A DNA stretch of 55,701 nucleotides from a virus (lineage: Duplodnaviria > Caudoviricetes), in IMG/VR virus record IMGVR_UViG_3300031740_000002, positions 1 to 55,701 of that record; one strand, written 5' to 3'. Under the pieces are notes generated by a model. The model made no database searches, was not told the origin of the DNA, and saw only the letters and a list, made by a program, of their open reading frames with translations. Every line of letters begins with the position of its first letter. Positions within the stretch are counted from its first letter, which is position 1. Shown here one piece after another: positions 9,031 through 18,149 of this stretch. Both the position numbers and the translations under genes were made by a program.

Positions 9031-10963
9031 CGCGGCCTGCCGCCACCAGCACCTCGGCCCAGCGCACCTGCTGGGTACGCCCGGCAGCGTCGGCGATCAT
9101 GTCGAACAGATCGTCATAATCGGGCTCGGCGACGGGCTCGGGCTCCAGGAACACGATAGGCACCGATGATGCCACGATGGCATCCTCACGCACGCGCACG
9201 CTGGAGCGCACCGGAGTCGGGAAGCCCTCGGACGGCACAAGCAGGGCCGCCTTCAGCTTGCCGCCCTGCCAGTCGCCGGACAGCGCGCAGGCCATCATCC
9301 GCTCCACCGCGTCCGAGCTGATGCCGTGCAGCAGGCCGCCCGCGACCCAGGTGCCGAACTGGTTTTCACCGACGCGCACCCTGGCCGCGATGGAGCACGA
9401 GTTGTCGTAGTGCTGCACCGCCCAGGACGGATCGGCGCGGCGCGGATCGACCGGCGAGGCGTGCCCGCAGTCGAAGGTGATGTTGCCGGCGTTGATCCGG
9501 TACACGCCGCCGTCGGCGCCGGCGACCAGGCACGCCTTGTTCTGGAACTCGGAGTAGTCGATATTGCGCGGCGCGGTGGGCGCACGCAGCTGACTGCGGA
9601 AGGCCCGATGCGTCACGCCGGCCGGCGCGAGCAACCCATAGACGCGTCCATCGGCGGTGATGTTGAGCGCGCCGATCGGCGGCAGTTCGGTCGGCTCGTT
9701 GAACCAGGACTCGGGCCACACCTCGGGAATGGTGATGGTGTAGCCGGCCGCTACGACCGCAGCTGTCGGCTCCTCATCGCCACCGAGCGGGGGCGGCTCC
9801 AGGCCTGCGTCGCGCAGGTGTCCGGCGAGATGTTCGTAGACGCCGGACGCGTCGCCGGCCGGGATGGTGGTTCCGCCGCGGCCACCGTTGAGCACGCCGA
9901 TGCCGGACTGGCACGCCTTGATGTTGGCAGCGCCGGGCGTGCCATCCTCGCCGACCTCATGGTGTCCGAAGCGTCCGCCCGACTTGGGGATCTGGCCGTC
10001 GACCACCTGGGCGTCGTCGATCCAGGCGTAGAAGGCGCGGGCGGTGGCGACCGGCATGGGTGATGCGAGGCGCTTCTCCGCGGCCGGGCCGTCCCACGCT
10101 GTGTCCGTGGTGGGTGTGTCATGCGGACCGACCGCCGCGGCGACCATGCCCAGATCGATCGGCGGCGCGGCGGTGATGGGCGGCATGAACGGCGACTCGC
10201 CCAGGCAGGCGGTGGCCTCGACGAAGGCCGGCTCTGGCAGCAAGGTCAGCGAGCGCACCCGCCCACTGTGATAGACGATCTCGATGGGCTCTGCCATGTC
10301 CATGCTGGCGTCAGCCACCATGACAGAGTTACGCCGCTCGTATGGGCGTCGCCGCGCAGTGCCGGGCGGGCGGCTGCGGTCGTAGGTCGGGCCGCCACGC
10401 TTGCCGTGATCCTTCTGGTTGTGCTTGCCGGCCAGGTGGAAGTCTTCATCGTCGACCGACCCGTCGGGTCCTGCTTCGATGATCTCGTCGCCGAGCAGTT
10501 CCGGCTCTGCATAGATCAGTTCGATGTCGGTCTGGTCCATGTCGTCGGCGAGGATCGAATTGCCGCGCAGGAAGTTGCCGGCCATGAGCCGCTGCGCCTC
10601 GGCGCCGGCGGCGCCTGCGGAGTCCATGGTGCCGACCCAGCGGATCAGCGCGCCGTCGCGCCACATGGCGTCCACGCTACCGACGATGACCGCGCCGGCG
10701 TGACCCTCGGCCTCGGCGGGCTGCCACTTGAGCGCGAACGGAGTGGGTGCGAACTTCAGCGCGCCGACCTCCCAGCGCCGCCGCGGCATGCTGCCGTCCG
10801 TCACGCCCTCGATGCAGGCCACGCCGTAGCAGGGGGCGCCGGCACCGTCGGGCACGAGCACGGCAGCCATGACGCCGTCGGCGTCGTACTCGTCGTCACC
10901 GGTCAGTGCGAACTCGTCTTCGAGCACCTGCGGGTCGTCACTGGGTGGCGTTGTCGGCTGCAC
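9023..10963 (-). CDS. Capsid maturation protease, multidomain
   Basis: GTG after GGGGGTG; GHAGAVIVGSVD, LTLLPEPAF and ALSGDW motifs; upstream of capsid. Confidence 0.75.
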   Translation of the reverse strand: MQPTTPPSDDPQVLEDEFALTGDDEYDADGVMAAVLVPDGAGAPCYGVACIEGVTDGSMPRRRWEVGALKFAPTPFALKWQPAEAEGHAGAVIVGSVDAMWRDGALIRWVGTMDSAGAAGAEAQRLMAGNFLRGNSILADDMDQTDIELIYAEPELLGDEIIEAGPDGSVDDEDFHLAGKHNQKDHGKRGGPTYDRSRPPGTARRRPYERRNSVMVADASMDMAEPIEIVYHSGRVRSLTLLPEPAFVEATACLGESPFMPPITAAPPIDLGMVAAAVGPHDTPTTDTAWDGPAAEKRLASPMPVATARAFYAWIDDAQVVDGQIPKSGGRFGHHEVGEDGTPGAANIKACQSGIGVLNGGRGGTTIPAGDASGVYEHLAGHLRDAGLEPPPLGGDEEPTAAVVAAGYTITIPEVWPESWFNEPTELPPIGALNITADGRVYGLLAPAGVTHRAFRSQLRAPTAPRNIDYSEFQNKACLVAGADGGVYRINAGNITFDCGHASPVDPRRADPSWAVQHYDNSCSIAARVRVGENQFGTWVAGGLLHGISSDAVERMMACALSGDWQGGKLKAALLVPSEGFPTPVRSSVRVREDAIVASSVPIVFLEPEPVAEPDYDDLFDMIADAAGRTQQVRWAEVLVAAGRDG

Positions 10964-11005
10964 ATGATCACCCCCGTCAGGCCAGATCATACGCCGCCGG
11001 GTACG

Positions 11006-11045
11006 CGACAGCCGAGACCGTGAGTGGAAACAGTCTCGGCTGTCG
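11006..11045. terminator. 13-bp perfect inverted repeat
   Basis: CGACAGCCGAGAC-N14-GTCTCGGCTGTCG between 2H gene and protease; no U-tract. Confidence 0.45.
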
Positions 11046-11082
11046 ACGGTGGCCGATCCGGGCGCGGATGGACCGGCACAGT

Positions 11083-11853
11083 CTAGCGCGGCTCGCCGGC
11101 CATGCGCATTATGCAGATCTCGCCGGGCAGGTGCGCCTCCGGCGAACCGCATCTGATGCAGCCGTCTGACGGCTCGCGCAGGTCGTACTCAAAAAGGGTC
11201 GGCGACGGGGCGCAGAAGCCGCCCGCCGCGGTAGCGACGTCATCCACCGGCAACTCGTCAAGCTCTGGCGTTGCCCCTGCGTCCGACTCGGGCTCTGCAT
11301 CCGGCTCCGGCGCGGTATCGGACTGGACCGGCATGCCCAGCGGGATATCGGTGACTTCGCCAGCAAAGGCGAAGCGGAGCCGGTCGAAACGCACCGGCCC
11401 GACGCGCTGCGCCACGCTGGCGAACTGTTCGGGGACAGCCACGGACGCCTCGGCCTGGCCGACGTAGGCGAGCGTGATGTGCGGGATGAAGGGCTCGTGT
11501 TGCTCAGGCCACGCCACCAGATCAGCGCAGCCGGCCTGGACGTCGGCATGCACCTCGGCGATCTCCGGACTGTTCAGGATCAACGCCACACACGGCTCGT
11601 CACCGACCGGGTTGACCAGCGCCGCGGCGAAGGCTTCGCCCTCGACAGCCTCCCACGCTGCGGCGTACTCACGCCCCCAGGCGACCAGTGCGGCCCGTTC
11701 GTCCGACTCGATAGCCTCGCCGTCGCCGAGGTACAGCAGCGTCAGGTGCAGATCGCCGACAAGTTCGGCGCCTTCGTCGCCCAGCGCCAGGAAGTCGGCA
11801 GAGTCGGAGTCAGGGAGCAGTGCGATCATCGCTCCGGTGTGTTCGTCGGCCAT
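11083..11853 (-). CDS. 2H phosphoesterase (2'-5' RNA ligase-like)
   Basis: Two HxT motifs (LHLTL, PHITL); acidic linker, then GGFCAPS and CxxC at the C-terminus. Confidence 0.85.
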   Translation of the reverse strand: MADEHTGAMIALLPDSDSADFLALGDEGAELVGDLHLTLLYLGDGEAIESDERAALVAWGREYAAAWEAVEGEAFAAALVNPVGDEPCVALILNSPEIAEVHADVQAGCADLVAWPEQHEPFIPHITLAYVGQAEASVAVPEQFASVAQRVGPVRFDRLRFAFAGEVTDIPLGMPVQSDTAPEPDAEPESDAGATPELDELPVDDVATAAGGFCAPSPTLFEYDLREPSDGCIRCGSPEAHLPGEICIMRMAGEPR

Positions 11854-12083
11854 CAACCGCTCCGGATCTTCGTCACGTCTGCCTGATATGCCTTACGGCG
11901 CAGATGTGCAGCCAGATGGCGACGCGCCATCTTCTCGGCACGCCTGCGCCCACCGAGTACGAATCGAGAATCGTATTCAAACATGCCCTCATGCACAGTA
12001 AGCAGATAGGACCAGCGCCCGGTGCGCGCAACCGTGACGTATGGGTCAAGGTACCCGTCGTCGGCCATGAAAGCGTCAGTCAC
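11853..12083 (-). CDS. Hypothetical protein
   Basis: Start and stop overlap both neighbours. Confidence 0.55.
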   Translation of the reverse strand: MTDAFMADDGYLDPYVTVARTGRWSYLLTVHEGMFEYDSRFVLGGRRRAEKMARRHLAAHLRRKAYQADVTKIRSG

Positions 12084-12303
12084 CCTCTATCACGACCCCC
12101 TCGATCACGTCAGAAGCGGCAGCCTCGATCTCGGCCTGCGCTGCGTTCTCAACTGCCTGACCGGATGGCGCGAGCAGGTACATGAACGCTGAGGCCACCA
12201 TGGCGTCGCGCGACGGCGCCGGGCCGGTCAGCCTGCCGGCCCACTGCGCCCGAGGGTCGTCCGACGTGCCGTCGAACATATTGATGCTGACCTGCTCAGC
12301 CAT
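12076..12303 (-). CDS. Hypothetical acidic protein
   Basis: Coupled to neighbours; contains MVAS motif. Confidence 0.55.
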   Translation of the reverse strand: MAEQVSINMFDGTSDDPRAQWAGRLTGPAPSRDAMVASAFMYLLAPSGQAVENAAQAEIEAAASDVIEGVVIEGD

Positions 12304-12601
12304 CTGCGCGCACCTTCGCCTCCGGCGCCATCGCGTACTCAGGGAATTGTGCCCCGTCGTAGCGCGGTGTCCAGGTCAGACCGTTGTCCGTCGTAGAGCC
12401 GTCCGGAGCGGTGTAGGGCTGACGGTGATCGTAGCGGTTGTGCCAGATCTCGGCCGGAATGCCGAGCGGGAAGGCCTCACAGCTCGGACCCCTCATACCG
12501 ACCGCCTGCGCCGCCGAGGACAGGAACGAGCGGTAGCGCCCGCAGGACGGGGCGCACTGCGACTGCGCTCCGTCACTGATCGGCTCGGCTACCTGCGTCA
12601 T
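12296..12601 (-). CDS. Small CxAFPxGIP-motif protein
   Basis: CEAFPLGIPAEIW..DHRQPY..DNGL; I recall this motif next to MuF/peptidase head proteins. Confidence 0.7.
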   Translation of the reverse strand: MTQVAEPISDGAQSQCAPSCGRYRSFLSSAAQAVGMRGPSCEAFPLGIPAEIWHNRYDHRQPYTAPDGSTTDNGLTWTPRYDGAQFPEYAMAPEAKVRADG

Positions 12602-12628
12602 AGACCTGATGATACGTCACTAGGTCGA

Positions 12629-12805
12629 CTACGTGCGCCCACGGTTTTCGAGATCTTCCAGCAGATCGCGAGGGCCAGCCGGCAGATCGTCTGCATCGCG
12701 CACCGATCTGGGGAGGGCTGCCCGCAGTAGCTGCTCACGCTCATCGGGCGTAGCCGCACCGGCCATACAGGCGCGACCGAGACGCCTGGACAGGTCAGGC
12801 GTCAT
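12629..12805 (-). CDS. 58-aa protein, candidate immunity for the MuF C-terminal domain
   Basis: MTPDLSRRLGRA...; ATG overlaps the end of the MuF gene; translated by hand. Confidence 0.6.
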   Translation of the reverse strand: MTPDLSRRLGRACMAGAATPDEREQLLRAALPRSVRDADDLPAGPRDLLEDLENRGRT

Positions 12806-15800
12806 AGCGTCGGCTCGCCTTCTCGAATATCAGCACACTGCGGTTAAAAATGATGTATTGCGGCGGTTCGTCGTTATTGTGCACACCCGGCGGGTATTCT
12901 GCGCCATCGTTGTGCATCGGCCCGTGAATCCTGATCCCATCGTAGCCGCGCATGGCGGCATAGAAGCTGCTGTCATATAGGGAGCGCCCATATGCCGTAT
13001 TCCTAATGCCGGTACTTCCCAGGCCGCTGAATCCAAGCGACCTCAGAAATTCGACGTGCTCAGCCTTAAGATCCTCGTAGTCGACGATCCTCGCCCTCGG
13101 GTCCAGGGCCATGCGCATCAAGCCGCCACGACCATGATCCTGCACGTCGAATCCAGGCAGCCATTCATAATTAGGAGCCGACCCCCACGGTTCGCCTTTG
13201 AAGAAGTTCGTCGACGCGAAATCACTGTCACGGTAAATCTCGGCAGTAGTCCGGCGAACGGTGGTATATACGCCATTGCCGTAGATCCCCGTGGTCATGT
13301 CCCAGTCACCGGTTCGCGTAGCCTCGGCGATCTTGCGAGCGGAGATCTGGGGAACCGAACCGGACCACTGCTGAACGCCACGCCACATCTCGGTCCAACC
13401 GGCGCGGATCGCCTTGTCAAGCTCAACCTTCGTCACGACCCGCCCGGGGGTCGACCAGCCCGGCTGCTGCCTCACCATCTCGGTCAGTACACGATCCTGT
13501 GGATCGTTGATGCTCTGAGCCAATTCGGCGCGCCGAATCCATGGCGCATCATCCTTCGTCTGTTTGGTCAGATCTGTACCCGAACTCCGCACACTGGGTG
13601 GCCCGACATCCACCCGCGTGACGCGGGCCTTGATCAGCGGGATGACCTCGCCGTCCGGCATCTGCACCGTCGCGCCACGCGTGACGATCTGCACTTGCGC
13701 CCCGGCAGGAATGTCGATGTCGCCAAAGCCTTCCATCGTGTCCGGATCAAACTTGACCTTCGCGCCGGCCTTCCCGATCGGCTTGATGCCCGCTTTCGTG
13801 CTGGCGCGCGTGATCGCGCTGCGCAGCTTCGCCGCGTCCCCGGTCGCGAACGCCTTCGCCAGGATGTCCACCACGGACTCGTCGACACCGGCGTAGAACT
13901 CGCCGGACCGGCGCAGGGCGGGCGAGAACACCTGACTGATGGTCTGACGGGTGGCGCCCTTGGCGATGATCTCGTCGAGCTCGGCGATCAGCCTGGCGTT
14001 GGCCGCAGCCGTCTCGATCTGGCGGTTGCGCTCGCGCTGAGCGGTGCGGCTCAAGCGCCTGCGGTAGTCGGTGGCCTCATCGGATGTAAGCGACTCGACC
14101 ACGTTCTTACTGATCAAGCGCGGCTGGCCACCCACGATCGTCTCGTAGCCGGGGCGCACCACGCGCACGAGCTGACCGGACGCCAGACGCTCGCCGGCGA
14201 TACCCTGCGCCAGTTTCGAGTCGTAGCCGGCCACATCGCCGGCCGTACCGAGCTCGCGCAACCCGGCAGCCTTCGCACGCTTACCCAGCGCCTCGCCGAG
14301 CTTGCCCGGACCGCCGGTGCGGATGGCCCGGATCAGCGCATCGCGCTGGGCGTTGGTCACATCGTAGCGGGCAGCGTTGGACCGGATCACCGCAGCGATG
14401 GCGTCGCGGTCGCCCTCGGTGTCGACCACGGCCTGGATGACGCGCGCGTTGAAGTCTGCGATCTTGCGTCGCTCGTCGATGATCGCCTGGTCTATGCGGC
14501 CCTCGATCAGGTCGACGTCAGCGCCGGGCGAGTCGCCGATCAAGCGTACGAGATCATTCTTCGTGGCGCGTGGCGGCACCTCGATGCCACGCTGACGCGC
14601 GATGGTGCGCAACTCTGCGACAGGACGAGCAGCCAGCGCGCCAATCGGATTGGCCCGCGCCGGCGAGACAGTGCTGGTCGGCGTGAGCCGCAGCCTGAAC
14701 CCGGCAGCGCGGTATTCGGCCTCGAGCAGATCGTAGATCTCGTGCGAGATCGCCGAGGCGCGGTCGCCGCGCAGCATCACATCGGCGAAGGCCTCGGCTA
14801 CGAGCTCATGCGCGTCCGAGCCGGCGTAGGTGCTGATGTCACGCGCCACCAGCGTATCGGCGTCGATGCCCTCCAAGGTGGCGCGCCGGTTGACCGCGGT
14901 CAGCGCCCGCGATTCGATGCGCGCACCCAGGTTGTCGATGTCGAGGATGTGGCCGAACTCGTGCAACCCGACGGCCATCGGCTGCCCGCCCTCGCGGGTG
15001 AACCAGCCGGAGCGGCCCTGCTCCCAACCCTTGTTATCCGAGCGCAGCCGGCGCAGCAGCGCACCGCGCTGGTCCTGGGTAGCCCAGGACGCGTTGAAGC
15101 GGATAGCCAGGCCGCCCGCGTTGGCGTAGTCACCGCCGGGTACGCGGAACCAGCCGATCTCGTAGACGCGCACCTCGGGGAAGCGCTCGAAACCGCGCAG
15201 TACGCCCTCGGCGTACTCGCGCCAGGTGACCAGCGAGCCGTCATCGGGGATCACCACCATGACGTCGCGGCCGGTGATGCGCCGGTACTCCTGGCGCACC
15301 GCGGCCTGCAGACCCTTGGTCGTCTTGGCGCGCAGCAGCACGGCGCGGATCGGATTGGCCACCCGCGCGCCGCGGGCCAACAGCGACAGGTCAGGGCTGG
15401 GCTCGGCCAGCGGGTCAGGGCCTGGGGCAGCGGCGGAGCGGCCGGGCACGGTTGGTGGTGCGCCGAAGCGGCCGGTGTTGGGTCGCAGTACTTCGCCAGG
15501 GACGCCAGGACCGATATCGCGCGCCTGCCCCTGGGCGCGGTCTATCTCGTCGTCGTCGATGACGTAGCCGATGGTGCAGCGGCACCGGTAGCGCTCGGAC
15601 GGTGGAAGACTGGAGTCGCCGGGCACGTCGGCCGAATAGCCGCCGACGGTGAATTGATCGACAAGATCGACGCGCTGGCCATCCGCCGCGAGGTGGGTCG
15701 GGCGCGTCCGCGGATCCATGGTGGCGATCCACTCTTTGAGCATGGACAGCCCGGACGCCCGCGCGGTCTGGATCGAGCCGACGTTGGATGCCTCGATGAC

Positions 15801-16388
15801 CTGGGTGCGGGCCAGCAGCACGGCGGATTTCGCCGTCATGTCGGCGGAGTCGCGCAGGCGCTGGGTCAACTGCGGCACCGACTCGCCACGCTCGAAGCCG
15901 TCGAGCAGTTCGTTACGTGCCGTCTCCCAGAGGTCGTTGCCCACCTCGACGAAGGTGTTGCGGGCCTGAGCCATGAACTGCTCGGCCGCGATACTGCCGA
16001 CGCTGGGCAGCCCGGTCACGCCGGTGGCCGTGATCATCTGCGAGTAGGTGGTGCCGGTCGAGTCGCCCCAGACCTGGGCCACCACGGGCATCAGCTGCGT
16101 ATCGACGGCGCCGGTCCACAGCGGCGTAATACCGGCCAGGTCGTCGGGTGAGACGAACGGCTGACCGGGCATGAGGCCGTCCCCGCCCGGTACCGATGAG
16201 GCGGGCGGCTGCTCGGCCGCCACCATGGCCATGGCCGGCTCTGGCGCGAACGCTGCGGCCGGCGCCGCTTCCTCGATGCGGCGCGCGATGATGTCCATGA
16301 CGTGGTTCAGGGCGGCGCGCATGGCGGCCTCGGCCTGCTCCTCGTAGGTCGTCAGCGCCGCGTCGCTCAGACCGGTGATGCGCCGCAC
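12795..16388 (-). CDS. MuF-like head morphogenesis protein fused to zincin, HeH-like, two GrpE-like and ADP-ribosyltransferase-like domains
   Basis: ARTQV, KEWIATMDPRTRPTH, CRC (MuF); HEFGH...ELVAEAF; two FDP/RPGY-type repeats; WRG..YGNGVY..GYDGI..YIIFN; follows portal. Confidence 0.85.
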   Translation of the reverse strand: MRRITGLSDAALTTYEEQAEAAMRAALNHVMDIIARRIEEAAPAAAFAPEPAMAMVAAEQPPASSVPGGDGLMPGQPFVSPDDLAGITPLWTGAVDTQLMPVVAQVWGDSTGTTYSQMITATGVTGLPSVGSIAAEQFMAQARNTFVEVGNDLWETARNELLDGFERGESVPQLTQRLRDSADMTAKSAVLLARTQVIEASNVGSIQTARASGLSMLKEWIATMDPRTRPTHLAADGQRVDLVDQFTVGGYSADVPGDSSLPPSERYRCRCTIGYVIDDDEIDRAQGQARDIGPGVPGEVLRPNTGRFGAPPTVPGRSAAAPGPDPLAEPSPDLSLLARGARVANPIRAVLLRAKTTKGLQAAVRQEYRRITGRDVMVVIPDDGSLVTWREYAEGVLRGFERFPEVRVYEIGWFRVPGGDYANAGGLAIRFNASWATQDQRGALLRRLRSDNKGWEQGRSGWFTREGGQPMAVGLHEFGHILDIDNLGARIESRALTAVNRRATLEGIDADTLVARDISTYAGSDAHELVAEAFADVMLRGDRASAISHEIYDLLEAEYRAAGFRLRLTPTSTVSPARANPIGALAARPVAELRTIARQRGIEVPPRATKNDLVRLIGDSPGADVDLIEGRIDQAIIDERRKIADFNARVIQAVVDTEGDRDAIAAVIRSNAARYDVTNAQRDALIRAIRTGGPGKLGEALGKRAKAAGLRELGTAGDVAGYDSKLAQGIAGERLASGQLVRVVRPGYETIVGGQPRLISKNVVESLTSDEATDYRRRLSRTAQRERNRQIETAAANARLIAELDEIIAKGATRQTISQVFSPALRRSGEFYAGVDESVVDILAKAFATGDAAKLRSAITRASTKAGIKPIGKAGAKVKFDPDTMEGFGDIDIPAGAQVQIVTRGATVQMPDGEVIPLIKARVTRVDVGPPSVRSSGTDLTKQTKDDAPWIRRAELAQSINDPQDRVLTEMVRQQPGWSTPGRVVTKVELDKAIRAGWTEMWRGVQQWSGSVPQISARKIAEATRTGDWDMTTGIYGNGVYTTVRRTTAEIYRDSDFASTNFFKGEPWGSAPNYEWLPGFDVQDHGRGGLMRMALDPRARIVDYEDLKAEHVEFLRSLGFSGLGSTGIRNTAYGRSLYDSSFYAAMRGYDGIRIHGPMHNDGAEYPPGVHNNDEPPQYIIFNRSVLIFEKASRRYDA

Positions 16389-16394
16389 GGGCGG

Positions 16395-17975
16395 CTACCG
16401 GTGCGTCGAACCGTTGACGTGCCCGTTGCCGACACGGCTGAGCGCACGTCCCAGCGCCCCGGCCGATGCGACCAGTGCGGGCGGCGCAGGCCGCGGCGGC
16501 GTACCGCCCGGCTGTGGCGGTGGTTCGGCGCGGGTGTCCGGCATGGTGCGTGGGCTACCGACGGAGGGTGCCGGAGCGTCCGGTGCCACGGTCGGACCGG
16601 CACCCTCCGTCGGAGTCATGGCGGGCTGCCCGGTCAGCTCGGAGATCGCAGCAGGGATGAGCTCGGCAACGCCCTTGACGATGATCCGCTTGTTGGCCCA
16701 GGTCTCGATCTCGTCGGGATCGGTGAGCGCGTCGGACTCGTCGAAGCCGGCCTCGCGACGGTAGGCGGTTTCGTTGATCACGCCGTCGGCGTACATGGCG
16801 CCGGCGCGCTCGGCCATGTCCGGCTTCGCGCTCAACTCGGTGGTGTCGTACCAGGCGATCAGTCGACCGCCCTGCGCGCCGACCAGCGGTAGGCCTTCCT
16901 GGCGCAGGGCACGCACGAGGTAGGCCTTTGTGACCGCGCCGCAGATGACCTCGGCGAGCGGCGCGAAGCACAGCCGGATCTCCTCCTCGGAGATCTGCCA
17001 GGCGTTCCAGTGATTCTGCTCGCCCATGCCGCCAGTGACCCGGTTGCGGTCGATGCCCAGCGTGTCGCCCAGGCGCCCCAACTCGTCGAGACGCTCTTTG
17101 AGCAGCCACTCGTCCAGCGGGTCGTCGGGCTTGAGCAGCTTCCACTTCTCGATCAGCTTCTCGGTGAAGCGGATCGGGATGGGGAAGCCGGCGCTGGCCA
17201 GGCCGGGGTTCTTGATGTTGCGTGACCCGATGTCCATGAGCATCGCGATGAACGGGTCCGGCGCCTGCTTGTACTGGTCGGGCACGCCGATGGTGCCCTC
17301 TGCGGGGATGAGCAGAAAGCCGTTCATGACCAGGCGGCTGACCATCATGGCCACGATGCGCGAGTCGATCAGGAAGATACGGCGCATGATCGGGATGGCG
17401 GCCTGCGCGTTACTGGTGGCAAGCCACGGCCATTGCGGGTCGGGCTGATAGATGCGGATAGGCAGGTTGTCCGGAGCCAGGTCGCGCCAGGTCGCCTCAC
17501 CGACGCGCACCTTGTACGTGTAGCCGACCGGCCAGATGCAGTTGGTCGAGTAGACGCCCCAGTCGGCCTGAGAGAGCGGAATGCGCGGGTCGTCGCGTTC
17601 GGCGATCAGCCAGCCGTCGCCGGGGATGGTGAGCTGCGGCGTGATGGCGCGAAGAAACGCGGAGTGTCCGGGCGGCCCACCGCAGAACTCCTGCATCAGC
17701 TCGGCTGCCGGACCGTCGGTGAGCATCTCAGGCTCGTCGGCGCCGGGCACCACCTCGGCCGCGCCGAGCCTGATCCGCGACATGGCGCGAGCCTGCCAGT
17801 CGGTGGCCTCGAAGAACTCGCCGAGCGTGCGCCGGAAGGCCCAAGCCTCATCCTGCCAGGGCTGGTAGCCGAAGATCTGGGCGTTCTGGAACTGCTGCGG
17901 CGTGTAGGTGGCGCTGGCCGCTACGAGCGGTCGCTGTGCCACGGCCAACGAACGGGACGGCAGGCTGTCCGGCAT
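16395..17975 (-). CDS. Portal protein
   Basis: About 526 aa between terminase and MuF; WQDEAW and NHWNAWQI motifs. Confidence 0.85.
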   Translation of the reverse strand: MPDSLPSRSLAVAQRPLVAASATYTPQQFQNAQIFGYQPWQDEAWAFRRTLGEFFEATDWQARAMSRIRLGAAEVVPGADEPEMLTDGPAAELMQEFCGGPPGHSAFLRAITPQLTIPGDGWLIAERDDPRIPLSQADWGVYSTNCIWPVGYTYKVRVGEATWRDLAPDNLPIRIYQPDPQWPWLATSNAQAAIPIMRRIFLIDSRIVAMMVSRLVMNGFLLIPAEGTIGVPDQYKQAPDPFIAMLMDIGSRNIKNPGLASAGFPIPIRFTEKLIEKWKLLKPDDPLDEWLLKERLDELGRLGDTLGIDRNRVTGGMGEQNHWNAWQISEEEIRLCFAPLAEVICGAVTKAYLVRALRQEGLPLVGAQGGRLIAWYDTTELSAKPDMAERAGAMYADGVINETAYRREAGFDESDALTDPDEIETWANKRIIVKGVAELIPAAISELTGQPAMTPTEGAGPTVAPDAPAPSVGSPRTMPDTRAEPPPQPGGTPPRPAPPALVASAGALGRALSRVGNGHVNGSTHR

Positions 17976-18038
17976 GCTCACCCCCGTGATCGGCCGTTGT
18001 CGCCATGGTAGACCGTGATCGACCAAAGGGGCAGACAG

Positions 18039-18082
18039 GCAGAGCGCCGCGCCTCCGGGGAAGGTCAGGCGCGACGCTCTGC
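18039..18082. terminator. Intergenic hairpin upstream of portal
   Basis: GCAGAGCG-C-CGCGCCT...AGGCGCG-A-CGCTCTGC. Confidence 0.45.
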
Positions 18083-18149
18083 GTTGTGGGCGCTGCGGTC
18101 TTGCAGGGGGTCGTGTGCGCGCGCCCAGGGGAAATCCTTACGATCCCGG

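Noticed and set aside
13056-16151. 1031-aa plus-strand ORF, and similar long ORFs (6600-8273, 42962-44632, 49260-50939, 52158-53513)
   Set aside because: Antisense shadows of motif-bearing genes, expected at high GC; no recognisable motifs
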